Shown: positions 29,684 through 44,559, counted from the first letter of the stretch. The stretch: DNA of 64,000 nt from Eledone cirrhosa (GCA_964016885.1 OZ024747.1:19716001-19780000), one strand, 5' to 3'. Notes: a model not told the origin generated them from the letters alone. Translations and numbers: made by a program.

Positions 29684-30156
29684 AAGCATTAAGAATAATA
29701 TATGTATATTATACAATTGGTATAGAACGGAGACACCATAATGGAGTTTATAGATTCTACAGAGCAAAGATTTCTTTGAAATTCCATAACTTCCATATAC
29801 ACCTGTTACTTATTTTCTTTTGCATTTTCACCTGATTGTCACAACACATAAATCTATATCACCCGGTACATTTCCCACCGGAGACACACGTGATGCTTGG
29901 TGTAGATACCTGTCTAATATTCTGACATGTAACCTTTGATGTGAATGTAGTATATGTGTAATCTGTTGTTTGACGTATGGCATTTAAAAAATATATCTCC
30001 TTTTATATATATGTGTGTATAATATATATATATATATATGTATCTGTATATATATCAATATATATATATGCATATATATACACAGATACACACACACACA
30101 TATATATATATATATACACTGTATATATATATTATACACACACACACATATATAGA

Positions 30157-30377
30157 AAGGAACGATCGACTTTCGTCAAATCGGACCGAGAGAACAATGT
30201 TTCCGTTGGTCTTTCCAATTGCTAATACTATCTATCGGTCGCAACTCCAGGTAGAAGGAGCAACGTGAAATAAAGTGTCTTGCTCAAGGACATAACGCAT
30301 CGCCTGGTCCAGGAATCGAACTCACAACCTTACGATTGCGAATCCAATTCTCTAACCACTCAGCCACACGCCTTCAC
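30157..30377 (-). mobile_element. SINE family 2 copy
   Basis: Near-identical reverse complement of 28675-28896; TA-rich flanks. Confidence 0.8.
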
Positions 30378-30685
30378 ATATATATATATATATATATGCA
30401 TATATATATATATATATATATATACATACATATATATAATCTATGTGTGTGTTTGTATCTGTGTACACATATATGTATGTGTGTGTAGGTATCCATATAC
30501 AGTTCATAACTGTTCACACTAAATTTCCGAATAATCTGCAAAAGCAAATGTTTGTGCTTGTTTTGTTTAGTTAGAATATCTAAGCATAGATGGTACATAA
30601 CTCTACTGGGCAATATTGATATAACACCCCTAATTCTTTTAAACGTAATTTTTCTATAAACCCATTCAAAACCGTTCATAATTTA

Positions 30686-31095
30686 ATACGGGGCGGTGAA
30701 TTGGCAGTATCGGTAGAGGGTTGGACGCCATGCTTTCTAGCATAGTTACGTCCCTTTATAGTCTGAGTTCAAATCCCGCCGAGGTTAACTTTGCCTTTCA
30801 TCCTTACGGGGTCGATAAAATAAAGTACCAGTAATGTACTGGTTAATTGCTGGCCTTGTGCCTAAAGTAGAAACAATTATTTAATGTATTATACGGGGCG
30901 GTGAATTGGCAGTATCGGTAGAAGGTTGGACGCCATGCTTTCTAGCATAGTTACGTCCCTTTACAGTCTGAGTTCAAATCCCGCCGAGGTTAACTTTGCC
31001 TTTCATCCTTACGGGGTCGATAAAATAAAGTACCAGTAATGTACTGGTTAATTGCTGGCCTTGTGCCTAAAGTAGAAACAATTATTTAATGTATT
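30686..31095 (+). mobile_element. Tandem dimer of SINE family 1 (205-bp unit)
   Basis: Units start at 30686 and 30891 and are near-identical. Confidence 0.9.
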
Positions 31096-31435
31096 ATACA
31101 TTATATTACAATGATCATGATTCAATGGCAAATGTCTTACTCAATTTGCAATTTAACGCGTATTGTTAATCTATTACATAAAATATGAATCTCAATTATT
31201 AAAAGAATTCCCTGTCGTCGCATAATATTTGGAGATATAAACACCAATTGAGCTAATGGTTGTACCATACATATACAAACAACAGAGTTTCGTCTATATC
31301 CACGCATAGGTTTACGTATTAACATTGGCTGAGACAATGGAATCTTCACAAGATCAAATGTCTTAATACAAGTCCAAAGGAAAAGAATTATTACGTTTAT
31401 GAGAACATTATATTATACAAATTTATATTACAATA

Positions 31436-31625
31436 AGGGCGGTGGATTGGCAGTATCGGTAGAGGGTCGGACGTCATGCTTTGACGCATAGAGTTACGGC
31501 CCTTTCCATTCTAAGTTCAAATCCCGCCGTGGTCAACTTTGCCTTTCGGGGTCGAGAAAATAAAGTACCAGTAATGCACTGGGGTAATTTCTGGCCTTGT
31601 GCCAAAAAGTAGAAACAATTATATT
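31436..31625 (+). mobile_element. SINE family 1 copy
   Basis: Homologous to 4071-4263. Confidence 0.85.
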
Positions 31626-33115
31626 ATACAAAAATTATGTTAACACTAAAAACACATAATCCTAGCAAGCATATTGAATATCTTCATCAACAAATATTGC
31701 TGCAAACCTGAATTTTATTTGCGTCAAGTCATTATGTATAGAAATCACCTGAGTAATGCTAATGTCGACGCGTACTTTAGGCTAATTTGTGGAATCTCAA
31801 AGGGACATTCATGAATTCTTTTCAACGCTTTTGCCTCATGAAAATTTCCTACTATGAGTACTTCTAACAATTAAATATTTTACCCAGCCGCATAGCAATG
31901 AATAAACATATAAGATATTCCTTGAGCCGTTAGGTGTAGCAGCATTATTTCTAAAACGCATATTGAACATCATAAATGTACACAGAAAATGACACAATAA
32001 ACATGTTATTGAAACTTCCAATGCTTGTCTTATCACGTTTTGGCTGCGCCAAAACGCAACAAATATAATTTTTAGTGACAATATGTTTACTGCAGTAATT
32101 TTAATATATTTTCTCTTCATATCACCATCTCTTCAGAAAACCCATCAATTTCAAACACATCATTGTTCATTCACTTCAAAAGCTTAAACGACCTCACTGT
32201 TTTATGGGGGTCTTCAAGAACAAAATTAATAAGGTGCAGTATAATTTGATGAAGGATACCATCATCAGCATCAGACTTTTTGTAATAAGTTTGATATAAT
32301 TATATTCAATATTTGTGCTGACAAAATTTTAACAACTCATTAATTTTCAAGGTATAAAATATGATTGCTGTGGCCCATAAATCTTTTTCAAAAGACTAAA
32401 AAACAAATAAACACTTCCTCCATTTCCTCAGTTGTTTGAAATCGCTGAAGCTTGAAGTTGCAGAGATTTATTTTTCAACTAAGAATCATGACTTTAACGC
32501 AAAAATCTCTGAATGATTTAGTTTTATTTCCTTGAAATAGTTTTTTTTTTAGTTGTTTTAAATAGTGTGGAGATGCATCGACGTTTTCCTTTTTTCATCC
32601 GCATGTTGTATTTGATTTACAAAATATCTCTATAGTGCTATTGTTCGCTTCATGTGGAATTAAATGTTATATTATAAACGATACGTACTGGTTTTATACA
32701 TTGTATAAACAATCAAACTCTACAAAAAGTGGAGCTTAAACAGAATTAAAAAATTAAGATTTGGAAATCAACACTAATTCCAAAGTTTTAGATATATATC
32801 ATTTTAGAGGCTGCAAACTAGAAGCTGATTGTTATAAATCATTGAGTGTCACTCCAAAAGGTTGATGCCCTCAATTAAGATCAGAAGTATGTTGGGTAAT
32901 ATAAATATGCATAAACACATCAGCTACAAAGCGAGACATTGAAAGATATATGTACATGCCTGTGCTTTCGAATCACTTTCGTTTCTCGAAAACTCTCTGG
33001 TCATCTAAGACGATTAGGATCCCATCTGGGGCAATTCCTTAGCCAAACTCTATACGATCTATCGCGTGTTGAGGAATAGGGTGTTTTGGATGGATCTCCT
33101 CGGTATCTATGTATG

Positions 33116-33146
<31 letters not shown>

Positions 33147-33167
33147 GTATGTATGTATGTATGTATG

Positions 33168-33236
<69 letters not shown>

Positions 33237-33514
33237 ATAATAATAAATTTGAAGACTAAAATCCAAAGAGGGCTCGATAAGGATAAATATATATCAGATA
33301 TATAAGAAACGTAGAGCAAATATTTATTAAAATAACAGATTAAAGTTTAAGCAAAGAATCGCTGCTTTCACCCTTAACAGGATCTTCTGATCACCGTTAA
33401 GTGTGAAAGCAGCGATTCTTTGCTTAAACTCTAATCATTTTAATAAATATATATATATATATATATGAGTATTGAAGTTTGCTTGAAGCATTGTGGAATA
33501 ATAAGGTAAATTTC

Positions 33515-34289
33515 TTTAAGTCGTTTGGAAGCCTCGACAATGCAGATGGGTAAATCTCCGGGTAACAAGATCCGGTGGTGGAGAGAGAGAGATGTAAGTG
33601 GGTGTACGTTGAGATGCGTGGCGTGTATAAGACGTGTAGAGGAATGAAGGAAAGAGCGTAAAGGATAAACATAAAAATAACAACACGAGAGAGAGTTACC
33701 TTGGGAGAGATTTAATTTTCCCTATATATTTCGGATTCACATCCATTAACTGGGTTTTTTTTCTATCATACGAACATACTACACTGCCAATACAGAGGAA
33801 CAAGGCAACAACGCACGCACACACACACACAGTAACATTCACCAAACAGGCAGAGAATAGACTGACAGCTAGCGCCACCCCACTCCCACAGTTGAAAGAA
33901 CTACTTCGGCCGCTGACCTCTGCCTGACCGACCCCATTTCACGCGCACGCGCGCTCTGCTGAATACCTCGTTCAAAACAACGAGCAGCGGAGGACACGTT
34001 TCGCACCTTCCGACAGGCAACTTCCACACCCCCTCACCCGGAAAAAACCCCAGTTGATGGATGTGAATCCGAAATATATAGGGACAATTAAATCTCTCCC
34101 AAGGTAACTCTCTCTCGTGTTGTTATTATTATTTTTATCCTTTACGCTCTTTCCTTCATTCCTCTACACGTCTTATACACGCCACGCCGCCACGCATCTC
34201 AACGTACACCCACTTACATCTCTCTCTCCACCACCGGATCTTGTTACCGGAGATTTACCCATCTGCATTGTCGAGGCTTCCAAACGACT

Positions 34290-34292
<3 letters not shown>
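33515..34292. repeat. Long inverted repeat (~245-bp arms) with GC-richer spacer
   Basis: 33515-33760 is the reverse complement of 34043-34292; TA tracts on both sides. Confidence 0.85.
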
Positions 34293-34352
<60 letters not shown>

Positions 34353-34425
34353 GTATGTACGTATATAAATATATATATATACAATGATATTAAATGAACG
34401 GAAACTATATTTATAAAACCATATT

Positions 34426-34490
34426 TATTTTATTATATATATTTCAAGGGCAACCAAGACAAGATTGGTACGTTTTCATCAGATAAAATA
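34426..34490 (-). ncRNA. Hammerhead ribozyme, same family as 7600
   Basis: UAUUUUAU-CUGAUGA-..-GAAAU AUAU AUA-AUAAAAUA, perfect 8-bp stem I. Confidence 0.65.
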
Positions 34491-34556
34491 CAAAGTTTGT
34501 TTTATAAATAGAGACGTACCCATGGAAATCATACCTTATCGGTTGGAAATTCACTG

Positions 34557-34602
<46 letters not shown>

Positions 34603-34651
34603 TGTATGTATGTATGCATATATATATATATTTAGAGGGGAGGGAGATTGA

Positions 34652-34776
34652 GAGAAAGGTAAAACCCCGACCGTGAGGCCAGGTGGTTTTATCTTATGTA
34701 TTTAGCATGCCATTGAAGGGCTTGCTGACCTCTCAAACTGAAACCACTTGGCGTCACGATCGGGACTTTACTTCTC
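34652..34776. mobile_element. Small MITE-like inverted repeat
   Basis: ~38-bp imperfect arms GTAAAACCCCGACCGTGAGGCCAGGTGGTTT / AAACCACTTGGCGTCACGATCGGGACTTTAC. Confidence 0.5.
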
Positions 34777-34854
34777 AGGTTCGTAACAATTAACTATTAC
34801 AATTAATGAAATCGATTTACCCACTCCAGCACATTTATATTATTTGTACATCTA

Positions 34855-35070
34855 AGGACGGTGGATTGGCAGTATCGGTAGAGGATCGGATGCCATGCTT
34901 TGCAGCATAGATTTACGGCCCTTTATGATCTGATTTCCAATCCCGCCGTGGTTAGCTTTGCTTTTCATCCTTACGGCGTCGATTAAATAAAGCACCAGTA
35001 ACGTACTGGAGTCGATTTAATCGACTTTCTCCTCCCCCAAAATTACTGTGCCTATACTAGAAATCATTAT
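34855..35070 (+). mobile_element. SINE family 1, long variant
   Basis: Homologous to 22283-22510. Confidence 0.8.
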
Positions 35071-35782
35071 TTGTACATCTACCTATAAAAATCTAACACC
35101 TAATATCCATATATGTTTTGAGCTCTCTCTAAATATAATTACACACATACGTAGAAATATATACATTTCAATTATATACATTGGTTGGGCAACATTTAGG
35201 ACTATGACGTCTTACATGTTATCTGAAAACTGATCGATTATTTTAGTGGACATTTAGCCGTCACTGGTGTCTCATGGCATTATCAATATCACACTAACCA
35301 TATTTCTTTGCTCACTAACAAATCTAACTGTAAAAAGTCGTGCAGGAAGATATGCAGATCATCACGTGTATATTTTTATAATTCTTGTGGCGAATATTAT
35401 GGCTTTTTATGAAGGGCGTCCTACAACTTGAGAGGGTAATTGCCAATGACGTAAACTTGAATAAATTTGCATTTATATGATAGTGTTTTTTTTTTGCCTA
35501 TGTAAGTTAACCACTGGAGAACTGCAGCATTGTTCCTTATATTCACAGACGCATATTGTGTCATGCCATAGAGTATGATGAATTAAACTTAATTCGTAAT
35601 CTATGTAAACGGTTTTTGACGTCAGGTGCCATTCAAAATGGCCAACTATTATTCGCTTTTCCATTCATCTCTCTGGTACCACGGACAACCAGAAAAGTAT
35701 GTCTGCACGAAATCTTTATATTTACAATTCTAGTTACATCATATACATGCATGCATAAATAAATAAACACACACACACACAG

Positions 35783-35866
<84 letters not shown>

Positions 35867-37803
35867 TATATATATATGTCTGTAAGTATGTATGTTTGTA
35901 CGTACGTATGTCTGTCTGTATGTATGTGTATAATTCAATTGGCAGGTGGCTTGGTTTTTCATTGGGAAGAGCATAAGATTAACACAGATGCTCACACACT
36001 CAAACATCCACGCACCCACGCATGTCTATGTGGCCGTGTGTATGAGTGCATCTGTGTGTCCGTATATGTACATACGTGACGGATAATTTATTGACTCGTT
36101 CGAACGTCAGATTAAGGTTTACGTTATTCGTTCTGGCTCTTTGCTCTCGTCTTCAATTTTCATTGTATCCTAGTCGTTTAATAAGGTACTCTTCACGTAC
36201 TTGTACCGATTCTTCATATTTACGTGTTTTTATAATCTATCTCTTGCTCTATCTCTCGCTCTGTCTCTCTTCTTCCAAAGGTGCAACAAGAGCTCTATGA
36301 TCTTTAAGTGCGGATGAGAGTCTGCCAATACGGTGACTTATGCCATAGATGTTTGGTTGTGTTGCGTCCAATTTCAACATAATTATTAAACTTCCATTTT
36401 CTACAAACTTACTAATTCCCACCTCTATCTCGATTGTAGTGTGATCTAGTCTCAACATATGGCCTCCCGCTTCACCACACCTGGATACCTTGCCCCAGTT
36501 TCAATTTTCATCTGACTCCCATCTCATCTTTGCGCGTGAAATCGAGCGCACTTTAGACCTGTTATCTTGCGTCTGGGTAAAATATACTTTACCATGTCTG
36601 TCCAGTTCGAGCTAACTTCCGGTTGAGTAACATCAGAAAGACAATGAATATTTTACCGATGACTATGTTGACAGTAGTTAAATATTTCATGAATTTTGAC
36701 AAGCATAGTGAATCTTGCATTGGTTGGTTTGTTTATTATGGATGCTATATTTTCTACGCTGTGTAAAAGAAAATCGTAGTAAAAAAGTAAGGGAAGAGCC
36801 TCCTTTACGCACGAATTAAGGTATGATATATTTAACCATGTTAAACGTTTGTTTTTATCTTGCATATGATTTGATATCATTTAAGTTTCAACTTTTGTTG
36901 ATCTTATTAGCGGGTTTGGGGATTTTATCTATATTGCATGTAATAAGCAGAAGAAAACTGCCGAGTTTTATCCACGAAATGAATGCACAAAGATATTATG
37001 TTATTGCTTCTGTTCTCTGTTTTATGCTTTTGTATTCTATTAATTTTCTATCGTTTATTTTGTTGGCTTTATCTTATTTTAAAAATTTCCTCATAATTTA
37101 TTTTGTTCTGTTTATTTTCATGAAGGTGGATATTGAATCTATTTAAGAATATTTCGCAATCATGTAACACAACATTGCTATTAAAATGAATAGGCATTAC
37201 AACAATAGCGACAAATGCAATAAATGAGATTATATCACCCAGAGCAATGACAAAATGAACAAGAACAGAAACATCAGGAATTGCATTGTTACCAATAGCC
37301 TTGGAAATTATTAACAACTTCTAATGCTACTACAGTTCAAAAGATTACAATTTTAAAATACAGACATAATTATAACCACATAAAATATGCCGCAATCTGA
37401 ATCTCAAGTCTCAACAATAGCAATGCACAGAGAAAATAACAACAGTGATCTGGAAGATTTCACGCTTTTGAAGTTGAAGTCGATGCAAAGTGTAATCTGG
37501 GACCAGTAATTCCGATTAAAGTGTCTGCTCTTGTCTAACACTTTAGCACTCGCTGCTAAGCATCAGGGATCATGATTGGGAATTACAAAATTTTGCCACT
37601 TTAGGAGATTTATTCATGGGGTTAATTTCACGAGGACGAACTCATGTGAATAAATAGCCATCTCATAGTGGGGTGGGGAAGGGGGTAAATATGTATATGT
37701 GTGTGTGTGTGGACCTGTTTGCGTGCACATGTGTGTATGTAATTTTTTAAAACTCTTTAACGTTAAATCTTTAACATACATTCATACATACATACATACA
37801 TAC

Positions 37804-38047
37804 GGGTTATATACCAACGGGTATATACCAACCCGCTTGGACCAAAGTATGACTGAACTTGGATTTGCGGACAAAGAGCGTAGCTCCCTAATTCATAGTC
37901 TGCAAATGGCTGCGATAGCTGGCACCTTCAAAATTTGCAAAACATTATTGCGATTCAAGGGATGACAATTTCTTTTCTTTTACAACCTTGCCACCAGGAC
38001 GGTGGCCGGTCAAAAAAATATACTCGAAATTAAGAGAAAGAGATAAC
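37804..38047 (+). mobile_element. 5'-truncated copy of the same R4/Dong-type element
   Basis: TRLDQSMTELGFADKERSSLIHSLQMAAIAGTFKICKTLLRFKG* plus 3' UTR, near-identical to 63133-63360; (CATA)n on both sides. Confidence 0.88.
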
Positions 38048-40183
38048 ATACATACATACATATATGCATATATGCATATGTAAATCCATAATACATAAAT
38101 AGAGTCGTAGGGGCACCGCTTTGACATACGGCGTTTCTTGGCCATTTTCAAGCCTGGCGGAGCCCATCCCTTTCCAGGCCTTAGTACGGCAGATTTTTTC
38201 CAGAGAAAGAATCGACCCTAATACTAGACTGGTACTTTCTTTTATCGACCTCGAAAAGGATGAAAGGCAAACTTGACCTCAACCAGATTTGAACTCAGAC
38301 AGCAGACAGTCGGAATGCATGCCACAATGCATGCCATAATGCATGCCATAATGCATTCTATCCGACGTTCTAACGATTCTGCCAATTCACCAACTACATA
38401 CATACATTGATACATACATAATGATGGCTGTCCCCTCGTTATCGAGTATGGCCAGTGCACGATATAACATTGTTAATAATTATCAAGCAATGCTATCGTG
38501 CAATGCCTGTGCGTGAACATTTTTTTAAAGTGAGGAAAGACTGTGCACTTGAGCGAATCCCACTCTCTGAGCGACAATAGTTATAAACCGAGAGAAGAAG
38601 AAAAGATCAACATCATCGGTAAGCCGCAGGTTTTATATCGGAGTTATCCAAGTTTCCTGAGTTGCCTTCTCCTAGAATAATGCCCTGACAAAGTCTAGGG
38701 GTCCTTCACTCCCAGTGGTTTAACTGTGCGATCGGGTATCCAGCATGATTATTTATATGTCCCCACGCATATATACACATATTTAGACATTTTTGGATGG
38801 CCGTCATACATACATACACACATACATACATACATACATACATACATACATACATACATACATACATACATACATACATACATGCATGCATACATACATA
38901 CATACATAAATACATACATACATAGAAATCACTTGTGTATTATAAATGTCCCTAAATTGTACATTGGTCATAGATTTCTTAGATTTTATTTAACGGTTTA
39001 GAAAATATTTTTGAAATACGTTTTAAATATAAATATTCAGTTATGTAATGAATTACATTTATTTCAATCAATAATTAGTGTCTATTTTAAAGAATTCTGT
39101 TTTGAAATTCCTCGAGATATTTTTCGTTATATTTTATATATTTGTCGTTTAGTATCTTCTAATAAATAAACATTAAACTAGAGTTCAAATGTTAGTGATT
39201 TTCTATTCATATTGCAACTTCTTTCAGGTTTATTATAAACTAAATCGCTTTAACATTTCATGTTTCTAAAGAAATTAAAATATCCTCTCAACTGAGATGG
39301 ATGCTCACTTTAATCTATCAGAGGAGTGCATTCACTTAGAATTATATCAATGTATTTTCTTTTTCTATTGGCAGAACGAATAGCATGTTCCTTTCACTCG
39401 AAGAAATCGAAACACTCGACGAAATCGAATACACATTTCTGAATGATCAGAATTGTAGAGATGGAAAAATATTTTAAATAATATTGAACGTGATGTTCCA
39501 CTCTCTTGGTGATCACTTGTGCATTCTTAAATTAATAAAATATATCAGTAATAATCTAAACAATGGTTAAATTTCATTATTTTTAATCCAACCTTTATTA
39601 TTACAAAGTCGACCATAAAAAATCTCGATTTTAATTAAATAGAAAATTGCTTCTATAATTATAACCAAATATCAGTGTTAATCTTATATTATTAAATTAA
39701 TCGTAATTAGAATTATTTGCAAGAAATACTAATTTTCAATTACTGTATCTTCATTATATTCCATAAACATTTTTAATGCAATGAAAACTAAAGCATCCAA
39801 TATGTAGTTATGCATTTCAACGTCAGTTAATCAGTTTTAAAATGTTTGCAAATTCCCACTTGACAGATCCATGTGTATGAACATACTTTACGATCAAAAT
39901 ATAAGCACTAGTTATTATTGATAATTTTGTTGGTATTTAACTACAGGTTAGCCCTGATTAGACAGACGTATAATCGAAAGCATTCCAGCCATGCCTATTA
40001 AAATATTTTCTAGGATATTTAGATATACTATTATATGATAGAATTTACCCTTTATATAATTATCAGAAACATATTTCTCTGCATTGTCTAATATACAAAG
40101 TGGCTAAAAATAGATATCCGTGCTAGCTATAGAAGAAGATTTGCTATTTAAAGGAGAGCCTCTGCATAATTGCTACAAAAGTA

Positions 40184-40370
40184 ATAATTGTTTCTACTTT
40201 TGGCACAAGAGCAGCAATTACCCCAGTACATTACTGGTACTTTATTTTATCGACTCCGTAAGGATGAAAGACAAAGTGAACCTCGGCGTGATTTGAACTC
40301 AGACCGTAAAGAGCCGTAACTCTATGGTGTAAAGCATGGCGTCCGAACCCTACCGATACTACCAATCCAC
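40184..40370 (-). mobile_element. SINE family 1 copy
   Basis: Reverse complement of the consensus. Confidence 0.85.
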
Positions 40371-40429
40371 ACTGATTTTGTTATTGTAGTCCACTTGCCT
40401 TCCTGTATATATTCCGCTTCCAATCTCTG

Positions 40430-40470
<41 letters not shown>

Positions 40471-40473
<3 letters not shown>

Positions 40474-42330
40474 GTGGTTACACAACAGTTAGTTCACCAT
40501 ACCGAGAACAATTGTTTCACCTTCGCGGATCTTCAGCTCGAGATGTGTATGGTTATAGAAACAGGAAGGACAACCGTACGAACGCGCATGCGCAGAAACT
40601 CGGTCACTTCACACAGGCAATACTAGACTGCGTGCGGGAGGTGTAAGGGAGATAACTGCGAAAGTCCGGAAAGTTTTTAGGTTGAAAAATAAAATAAAAA
40701 CAAATTAAAAATAAAATTACAAAGAATCAGTCCGGAGTCTTGTAGTTATGCAATAGATGTTTGGTGACGTGTGGACAACGTGTGAAAAATTCACTCCTCG
40801 TGTTTAGGCGTATTGCGTAATCTCTTTAGGATAGTTATTCGTTCATCAATACATAAGCCACACATCGTATTTCCCCTTGCGTATGGCTTGAACTTAGTGA
40901 TGGCTTTCCATTGAATGGAGTAGCCTATACTTGAGTCCTTGAGGGACCATACGTGGCTCGCGAGTTTCGTGGATGAACGTCTGTCCGGGTATCTGAAGGT
41001 AGACTGGTGGTTTAGGAAACGCTCCTTGAATTGGCCCTCCGCCATGCCCACATAGGATTTGACCTCCCGTGGTTCGTTTGGTCGGTTGGAAGTGACCACA
41101 GCTTCATAGATCACAGCTGGTGTGTTGCATTACTGTTGAAAGGGGCAAGCTTCAGGCTTCCGGCAAGAGCACCCTGGTGGGGTGTTGCTCCTAGGGATGC
41201 TGGTGATGTGCGCCTTCATGTTCTTAGCGCAGGAGTATCCTAGTTTAACTTTGTGTCGGTTAAAGATAGACCTGTATTTATGACCTATGGGGAAGTGCCT
41301 ATCTAAGAGGGCTAGACATTATTTTCCTACATTGGTTTTAATGTTGAGTGAGAAGGGAGGAGAGAACCAGATAGTTTGTCTATTGATGCGCTTATAGGTT
41401 GTGAGAAGCCGCTGTTAGCCAACGCCGTGTTATAGTAGGGTGCCGCTCTGTCAAAGATAGCCTTATTAGAGGAGAGGTTTGAGATTCTAGTACTGATATT
41501 CTTAACGAAGTTTCTAAAAACAGTGGGAGAGTGGCATAAATCCTTGTGAATGTAATTAAGTTTCTCGTTTAGCTTATGGAAGGGTCTGTGGGTGTCTAAG
41601 AAATGTCTAAGAAATGACGCTAGAGAGGTTGGTGGCTACTGTTATCCTAAGGCCTAACTCATTGAAGGTAGAAGCTAAGTCTTTTTAAACCGGGCGAGGT
41701 CGTGACCACTTTTATGGCTCGATAAAGTCAGTTCATCGTCACAGTATATTCCTGTGTGGAAGTTCGGGAATCTAACACGTAATATGTCTAAGATAAAAAG
41801 GCCAACCAAGTCACATACGTCAGCACTGTCAAACGATCCCATGGAGACGTCGAACAGGTCTGAAGATGTAGACTTCTTTGCCCAGGCTACTCCGTCGTTG
41901 AAGAGGAGGGTTTTCCAGCAGTGAGCAATGATTTCCCTGTCTAAACCATCGACGGTGGTATAAGTGGTAGCGAAGGGCAACGCTTTGTTTAACAGGGTCT
42001 CTGAGATCGACGGGTAAAAATCGACAATGTGAAACTGTGTGAACTTCGCTTTTTTGGATTTTAAGGAGTTAAACCACTTAATTACGGAGTCGCTGTTCTC
42101 CCACTGGGGCAGGTTGGACTTGGTCCTAATGGTCTTAACTATGTTTCTAAGTATGGCCTTACTGACTAGCCCCATATCTGAGCGTGGCCGGGTTTATTAG
42201 TCTACATGTGGGGTTAGAAGTAAAGTCTACCTTGTGATCTTTCAGGCTGAGGAACGCCTCCCGCTTAGCTAGAGATTGTAGCTTCTTATCTACCTTAAGA
42301 TCGGTGGCGAGTTCCTTGGCTATAGGGTTT
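40471..42330 (-). mobile_element. Penelope-like retroelement (Naiad-type), decayed RT + GIY-YIG with 3' hammerhead, inserted in (TA)n
   Basis: RT motifs QFHIVDFYPSI, FDVSMGSFDSADVCDLVG, GIYCDD (41675-42175); linker CSCRKPEACPFQQ*C; VIYEA..YVGMAEGQFKERFLNH, CGLC; frameshifted LNTRSEFFTRCPH; stops and frameshifts; TA tracts on both sides. Confidence 0.92.
40503..40540 (-). ncRNA. Minimal type I hammerhead ribozyme in the Penelope 3' terminus
   Basis: CGAG-CUGAAGA-UCC GCGAA GGU-GAAAC AAUU GUU-CUCG: stem I CGAG/CUCG, canonical core, palindromic loop 3. Confidence 0.85.
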
Positions 42331-43656
42331 ATATATATATATATACATATATATATATGAAGTATTTCTGCAGGAAGGGTAAAGGAAAGGAGAGTGTTCT
42401 ATGTATGCTACAGTGCTATTTAATTATTGTAATAAACAACATAAGACAATTATTCCATTTACCAAAGGTTTCACGAAGAAGACGAGCTCAACACAGATGT
42501 CTGAAATCGCTCATCAAAATGAAAATTTAATAGGGACGTAAGATATGAATTTAAAAACAAAGGCTATTACATTTGAAAGCGAGGCTGATATATAATAAAA
42601 TAAAGATAAGAAATAAAATAAAATAAAATAAAATAAAATAACGGGAAAAAATTTACACACTGAATTAGAACGTAAGGTTATGGGGAAAATTAATAAATAT
42701 ATAAATATATATGGAAGCGGATTATATATTTGTTTCAAATCCATTCAAATACATATGTACATATATGTATTCTTGAGGTTGAGTGGCTCTTACAGTACGT
42801 GGTGGGCCGGGACGAAAAGCCGGAGAGTAAGATAGTTGGCGGTGATGAATACTCGTTCGGCTGCCACACACTCAAACATTTAGACACTTGAATTATTCAT
42901 CATATTCAGATACAAACTTAATTAAAAAGAAATTAAATATCATATCAAATGACTATTTTGAAAATTTAAATTCGCTGTGTAGACATTCATCTGAGGACAA
43001 ATGCCACGATACACAAATACACACACATATATGTACGCAACCACACACCCAGTGACATATACGCACACGCATTATTGAAAAAAAACATGCAACATACATT
43101 GATGCTACCAAAAGAGATATTTCATCATTCTGATATGCTGAAAATAGCCGATATACATTTAAAAAGGAAACATAAAATTTAAATCACAAATCATAAAATA
43201 TTATTTGTTAATGTTCTGTTTGAAGGGGCCTCACCCAATGAAAACTATTTATATTTTTAAGAGAAACATGGTAAAGCTATTGCTGTCAAATTAATTTTTC
43301 CATTTTTCCATATGAGTTATATCCTTTATATATATATAAATATATATATTTTATAAAATAGGTATATATCTGTGCCCATTATTTCCTCTTATTTTATAAT
43401 TTAATATATATATATTTATATATTAAACCTAAATCTGTGGCTTGAAACTGTGTAAAGTAAAATAGATCCCCAAACTTAACCACCTAGAATTAGATATTAT
43501 GCTAATGGCCTGATTACAAGTTTTCTAAATGATAGTTAAATGATGGACGGTTTTACGCACTTCTAAGTGATAACTTATCAATTAGTCTGTCTCCAACATG
43601 ATTTTTTTTACATAATTTATTATATTCTAAATGTCTGATAATTTCTTCCATTTGCC

Positions 43657-43978
<322 letters not shown>

Positions 43979-44336
43979 GTGACGACGATGATGAGTATGA
44001 CCAGGAGGATAATAGTATTGGTGGTGGTGATTGTAGAGTATTTGTGATTAATTTTGATGATATTTAATGATGATGATGATGACGACGATGCTCAACGTTA
44101 TGATGATGCTACACATAATGACGATGATGATGATGGTGGCGCAGTAATAGTAAGATGGAACGTAATGTGGAGGACTTGTGGGTATCGTCTAAATTGAACT
44201 TCTAATAGTCTCGCAGAAGAAATGTCCAATTGTGCAAATTATTACCAACATTGTTTCTATTTCCAATTTTTAATTAATATTTTAGGTAAATTATGAAAAT
44301 AATATTCAAATATTCATAAATATGATGATTCTTTAG

Positions 44337-44421
<85 letters not shown>

Positions 44422-44477
44422 CGTTTCTGAATTTGTTTAACAAGATTCTTATTGGAAACATGACCCTCCCAAAGTAT

Positions 44478-44559
<82 letters not shown>

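Noticed and set aside
31680-32300. Possible highly decayed Helitron helicase fragment
   Set aside because: Many stops and only vague motif resemblance; needs a tBLASTn/HMM search
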